Source: Takakia lepidozioides
Lineage: Eukaryota > Plantae > Bryophyta
Assembly: GCA_030704615.1 (NCBI GenBank)
Contig: CM060734.1
Coordinates: forward strand, 27,404,001 to 27,468,000
DNA: 64,000 nucleotides
Reading direction: 5' to 3'
Within the stretch, counting starts at the first letter, position 1. The number at the start of each line of letters is the position of its first letter. Below are positions 61,101 to 64,000 of the stretch, piece by piece. The notes under the pieces are model-generated. The model was given only the letters and a program-made list of their open reading frames with translations. It was not told the origin of the DNA and did not search any database. The translations under genes were made by a program, and so were the position numbers.

Positions 61101-62311
61101 GATTGGCTGCTGTGTTACAAGCAGGTGTACGAGTTCGGCGTTACCTGTATGTGGAGAGGGATGAGACTGCACGACGCGTTTCACTTCGCCATGTTGCTCA
61201 GTTGGTGCAGCGGTACCCTGAGTTGTTGTCGGTGTCTGCAATTCGTGGATATCAGCAGGCCTTGCCAGCAGACATTTCGTTGCTGGGGGCGCAGGATTTG
61301 GAGCGGGTTGGCTCCATTGATCTGGTAGTGGCAGGTTGGCCCTGCCAAGGGCATTCATCAGCCGGGCATGGCAATGGATTGCGAGACTCGAGGTCGGGTC
61401 TGTTTTGGGAGATGGTGCGGGTTTTGCGCCACTTGCAGCTTCATCAAGCTGTATCTCCAGCATACATCTTGGAGAATGTGCCACTGATGGGCGATTCTCG
61501 GGCCAGGGTGATGGCCAGTGTGCATCAAGTCCGGTCGTGGCTTGGGTCAGCAGTGTTGCTAGATGCAGCTACAGTGGGGTCACGGGCTCATCGTCCACGG
61601 CTATGGTGGACTAACTTGATGCCACCCGCACTGCTCAAGCGTGCATTTGATGGGGTGCAGCGGCCAGCACATCTCACAGTGGATAACATTCTGGACACAG
61701 GGAGGCAGTCTCAGCGTGTGAGACACGATGACCGTTCGCCTTTGGCAGTGGTCAACAAGGTGGGTCAACCACGAGCAGCATTACCTACACTGCTCAGCTT
61801 CCCAGGATCGCATGCTTTCCGGGATAGTGGACCTGGCCTCCTGTGGGATGCTCAGTTGCAGCAGTTAGTGGAGCCTAATGCTGACGAGCGTGAGCGGGCA
61901 ATGGGTTTTACCACTGGTACCACGGCGGTGTCGTCTCTTTCTGAGGCATCACGTCGTCAAGTGTTGGGGCAAGCAATGGATCTCAATTGCTTGACCTGGA
62001 TTATCAGCTTGGCTCTGGCTGAGCAACGCAGAGTGCGGAGTACACTTCCCTCAATGGTCTCTCTGCCTACCGAGACGGTACAAGCAGTGAGTGGGGGCGA
62101 GCATGTGAGGACCACGGGGTGCATGCATCCATGGCACACGTGGGAGGTGCTCGAGGTTCAGAGGGAGTTGGCAGCCAAGGCGGCTGTGATAGATGAGGTT
62201 GGGGATTCTTCTCGGGTTGAGGAGGTCCTCAATGATGAGATGATGGGGCAGGATGAGGTCTTGTCATTGACTGAGCAGGCAGGGAGTACTGCTCAAGAGG
62301 TTGCAGCATAG
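58145..62311 (+). CDS. Gag-protease-C5 DNA methyltransferase (DNMT3-like) polyprotein
   Basis: Single 1388-aa ORF: gag (LDDFIQEFDSWC, FQRKPTESLREAFTR), knuckles CWTCGGPHVKKDC and CGHCGKHGHGEAQC, protease LLDSGA (~60341). MTase at ~61060-62010: I LDLFGGISTG, II YVERD, IV AGWPCQGHS, VI ILENV, VIII AHRPRLWWTNL, IX ERERAMGF, X RRQVLGQAMD. Confidence 0.93.
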   Translation: MSVNTEVPLVAGDSAGSSTSDTSGYTRRGVRFRPPSPPVSSTEGSDSDCESGGLIPAVQVVSLPLLWDTMEEMYGATKGPRRYSGAVGTIELDDFIQEFDSWCDLQQMRNPQLFTPFMAWKGLFQHLEGPPMDDYHEFRRGHEVEIEEWRMYWSPDYVSITRGTRATRAVATPAAAPAASASSSGTGGTVATTSTQATTAPALAPVPAFNPVVEFFEELRGNYQGVRTEKLRSLQEFQRKPTESLREAFTRMRRLINVTQGVTEAQAVQFWYGILDKELRRRVRDATLLQAAQPTLANVFLLAERIELNMVEERVVMVGFAKETPRGSGAPSQPLPQRAQGNKGAQVKLREGQRGPQMQGSLPSFAGQQRADVVCWTCGGPHVKKDCPEGGKGPAHAQPAQLQCGHCGKHGHGEAQCYGLHPELRPGQFQGNNGGRGRGGAAQRGRGGQPRGQGQAQRGQGRGGQGVDQGMANRLQQLEQRLAAMATAQVVPALRPDGPPPAPEGGDMGGMGFMCGAALPLVQVESAAAVTRGAARVPEPRGAEVELDPQRGEASRQARLPQSFTLAETVSTPSMAPSSRPTVTEAEVTMPLGRATRVAPLPSVAKATAASVLLGAATSVCQAPLFSATMIATPGVRPAEVFRLAATLCESGEVTSSSAEIVGGVVPEGSSDLRVKTATAAPWQAAAARLMELPARPAIERAMVTPGVVMLDNQDGIFCLSGPAGKRYRPLRVLLDSGAQPLMLGRAAIAGLGLTEADMEPCPFQIQTSLGGSEQARGMTRRELAIRLRPDHPTDGSVMRAKAIVTDAVSYDVLVGGAVLYPMGFTLDFWEESASYRPAWQSGEGRRVQLPVTFIGGVAVAQRGKMPTLAAFTTAVSWPRELLEGNAHSEDVPPPGEQDDMYGMAELPTMVAQTPLWGTSKDLQRDADRRVQQAWVEAFVPSGEEESVGIAPGPPQLSPLDTTPIVWQYPDEGICLLDLFGGISTGLAAVLQAGVRVRRYLYVERDETARRVSLRHVAQLVQRYPELLSVSAIRGYQQALPADISLLGAQDLERVGSIDLVVAGWPCQGHSSAGHGNGLRDSRSGLFWEMVRVLRHLQLHQAVSPAYILENVPLMGDSRARVMASVHQVRSWLGSAVLLDAATVGSRAHRPRLWWTNLMPPALLKRAFDGVQRPAHLTVDNILDTGRQSQRVRHDDRSPLAVVNKVGQPRAALPTLLSFPGSHAFRDSGPGLLWDAQLQQLVEPNADERERAMGFTTGTTAVSSLSEASRRQVLGQAMDLNCLTWIISLALAEQRRVRSTLPSMVSLPTETVQAVSGGEHVRTTGCMHPWHTWEVLEVQRELAAKAAVIDEVGDSSRVEEVLNDEMMGQDEVLSLTEQAGSTAQEVAA

Positions 62312-63810
62312 CAACCACGGGACGCGTCCTCTACCTCTAAGCCCACTGGACTTAAGGTTGTAGTTACGGAGGACAATTGGGAGCCTGACATTGGACCCAT
62401 TGTCACCGGAGGAGAGAGACGACGTATACGGCGGTTCCTGAGGGCTTACAGGAATTGCTTTGCCTTCAGTTTGAAGGACTTGGGAGCACTGAAGGGTCAA
62501 GAGATCCGTATTGAGTTGGCCACTGACACGCCAATCTTTCGGAGACCCTATAGATACAGTGACATGGAGAGGTCTTTGATTCAGATGAGGACTCAAGATC
62601 TCTGGGAGGCAGGTTTGGTGGAGCTCTCTGGTGGAGAGTATGCTTCAGCCACAGTGATGCCAGCCAAGAAGGATGTCTATGGCAATTGGACGGAGAGACG
62701 TATGTGCGGTGATTACCGGCCTGTAAATCGTCAGACCAAGTCCGATAAGTATGCCATGCCAACACCAGAGGAGATCTTTGATGCCATCGGGCATGCTAAG
62801 GCCTTTAGCACTTTGGATTTACGATCCGGATATCACCAGTTGCCAATCAAGGAGGCGGACAAGCAGAAGACGGCATTCTGGGGGATCAATGAGCACGGCA
62901 AGATTGCCTATACCAGTGGCGGTTCTTACCATTTGGGCTTAAGAATGCTCCTGCAGAGTTTCAGAGAGTCATGGATAGGATTCTAGCAGGGGTGGACTTT
63001 GCTCGGTGCTACATAGATGACATCATCATCTTTAGTGTTACGATGGAGGAGCATGAGAGACACCTTCAGTGGTATTGGAGCGCTTGAGAGCGCACGGATT
63101 GAAGTTGCATCCGGGGAAGTGCAAGTTTTTCCACAACCAGATTGAGTATCTGGGTCACATGATATATCCTGGAGGATTGGGGGTACAGCAAACTAAGGTA
63201 GAGGCCATTGCACAAATTCCACGCCCCACGGATGTGAGCCGAGTTCGAGCTTTCATGGGGTTGGCAAACTATTATAGACGGTTTGTCAAGGGATTTAGTA
63301 CCATTGCAAAGGCTCTAACCAAGCTGACCAAGGTGGACCAGGAGTGGCAGTGGGAAGATGAGCAGGAACGAGCTTTTCAAGAGCTCAAGGCGAGGTTGAC
63401 CTCGGCGCCTATCTTGAGACGACCTATCAGGGGGCGTCCTTTTCAGCTGCATACGGATTGGAGCATGCTGGGGCTTGGAGCGGTGCTCACACAGGTGGAT
63501 GATGAGGGAAGAGAGTTCGTAGTGGCTTACGCTAGCCGCTCGAACAACGCTGCAGAGGCTAAGTACAGCTCATATGAGGGAGAGTGCTTAGCTGCAGTGT
63601 GGGCCGTGGCACACTTCAGGTGCTATCTATACGGCAATCTTTTCACCCTTGTCACGGATCACCAGCCACTCAAGTGGTTGATGGAGTCAGACAAGCTTAC
63701 GGGGAAGCTTGCACGGTGGGCACTTATACTCCAGGAGTATGACTTTCAGGTTGTGCATCGACCGGGTTTGGTCAATCGGGATGCGGATGGATTGAGTCGC
63801 AATCCATGCA
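62312..63810 (+). pseudogene. RT-RNaseH of the DNMT-Gypsy (in frame after the TAG; later single-base frameshifts)
   Basis: PIFRRPYR, RMCGDYRPVN, LDLRSGYHQ, LPFGLKNAP, YIDD; RNaseH LHTDWS, EGECLA, TDHQPL, ADGLSR. Frameshifts near 62900 and 63070. Confidence 0.9.
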
Positions 63811-64000
63811 TGAGCCAGCAGGATGACACTGGAGCTCGGTGGCATGGTGAGACGGACGAGGAGATGGTGCCGGGATGGCACGCATCTGCATTTTTGTGTA
63901 TCTTGGCATCGGGAGGTCAGATTGGACCTACAACAGGGATGACTGTAGACGGAGTGTCTGAGGACCCTGAGGCTAGTGATGAGCTAGGTGGTGCCAGAGA

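Larger units (their letters stand above)
54962..64000 (+). mobile_element. Ty3/Gypsy retrotransposon carrying a DNMT3-like cytosine methyltransferase (runs off the window; 5' boundary approximate)
   Basis: Long 5' noncoding region, then gag, CCHC knuckles, protease, C5-MTase, RT and RNaseH in order. Confidence 0.85.

Overview
Repeat-dense, heterochromatin-like eukaryotic DNA. The TTTAGGG telomere motif, an F-box/kelch relic and the transposon types point to a plant, plausibly a bryophyte-grade one (inference). I found no intact host gene. Contents: degraded DNA transposons (DUF7869/Sola-like, MULE-SWIM, hAT-BED, a TIR mini-element); an F-box/kelch pseudogene; a ~2.03-kb tandem repeat family; a 500-N gap; and several Ty3/Gypsy elements. 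One Gypsy family is Athila-like and carries extra ORFs: a 5' ORF crossing the LTR/PBS, a ~65-aa small ORF with clear synonymous conservation, and a long 3' ORF. The main result is two different DNA-methyltransferase classes side by side at the right end. (1) A Gypsy element has a complete DNMT3-like C5-cytosine methyltransferase domain in frame in its Gag-protease ORF, just before RT, followed by an in-frame TAG-CAA-CCA. (2) A spliced, now pseudogenised gene encodes a beta-class (N6A/N4C-type) amino-methyltransferase-like protein, and the Gypsy appears to have inserted into one of its introns. All family calls come from reading motifs by eye; no database search was run.
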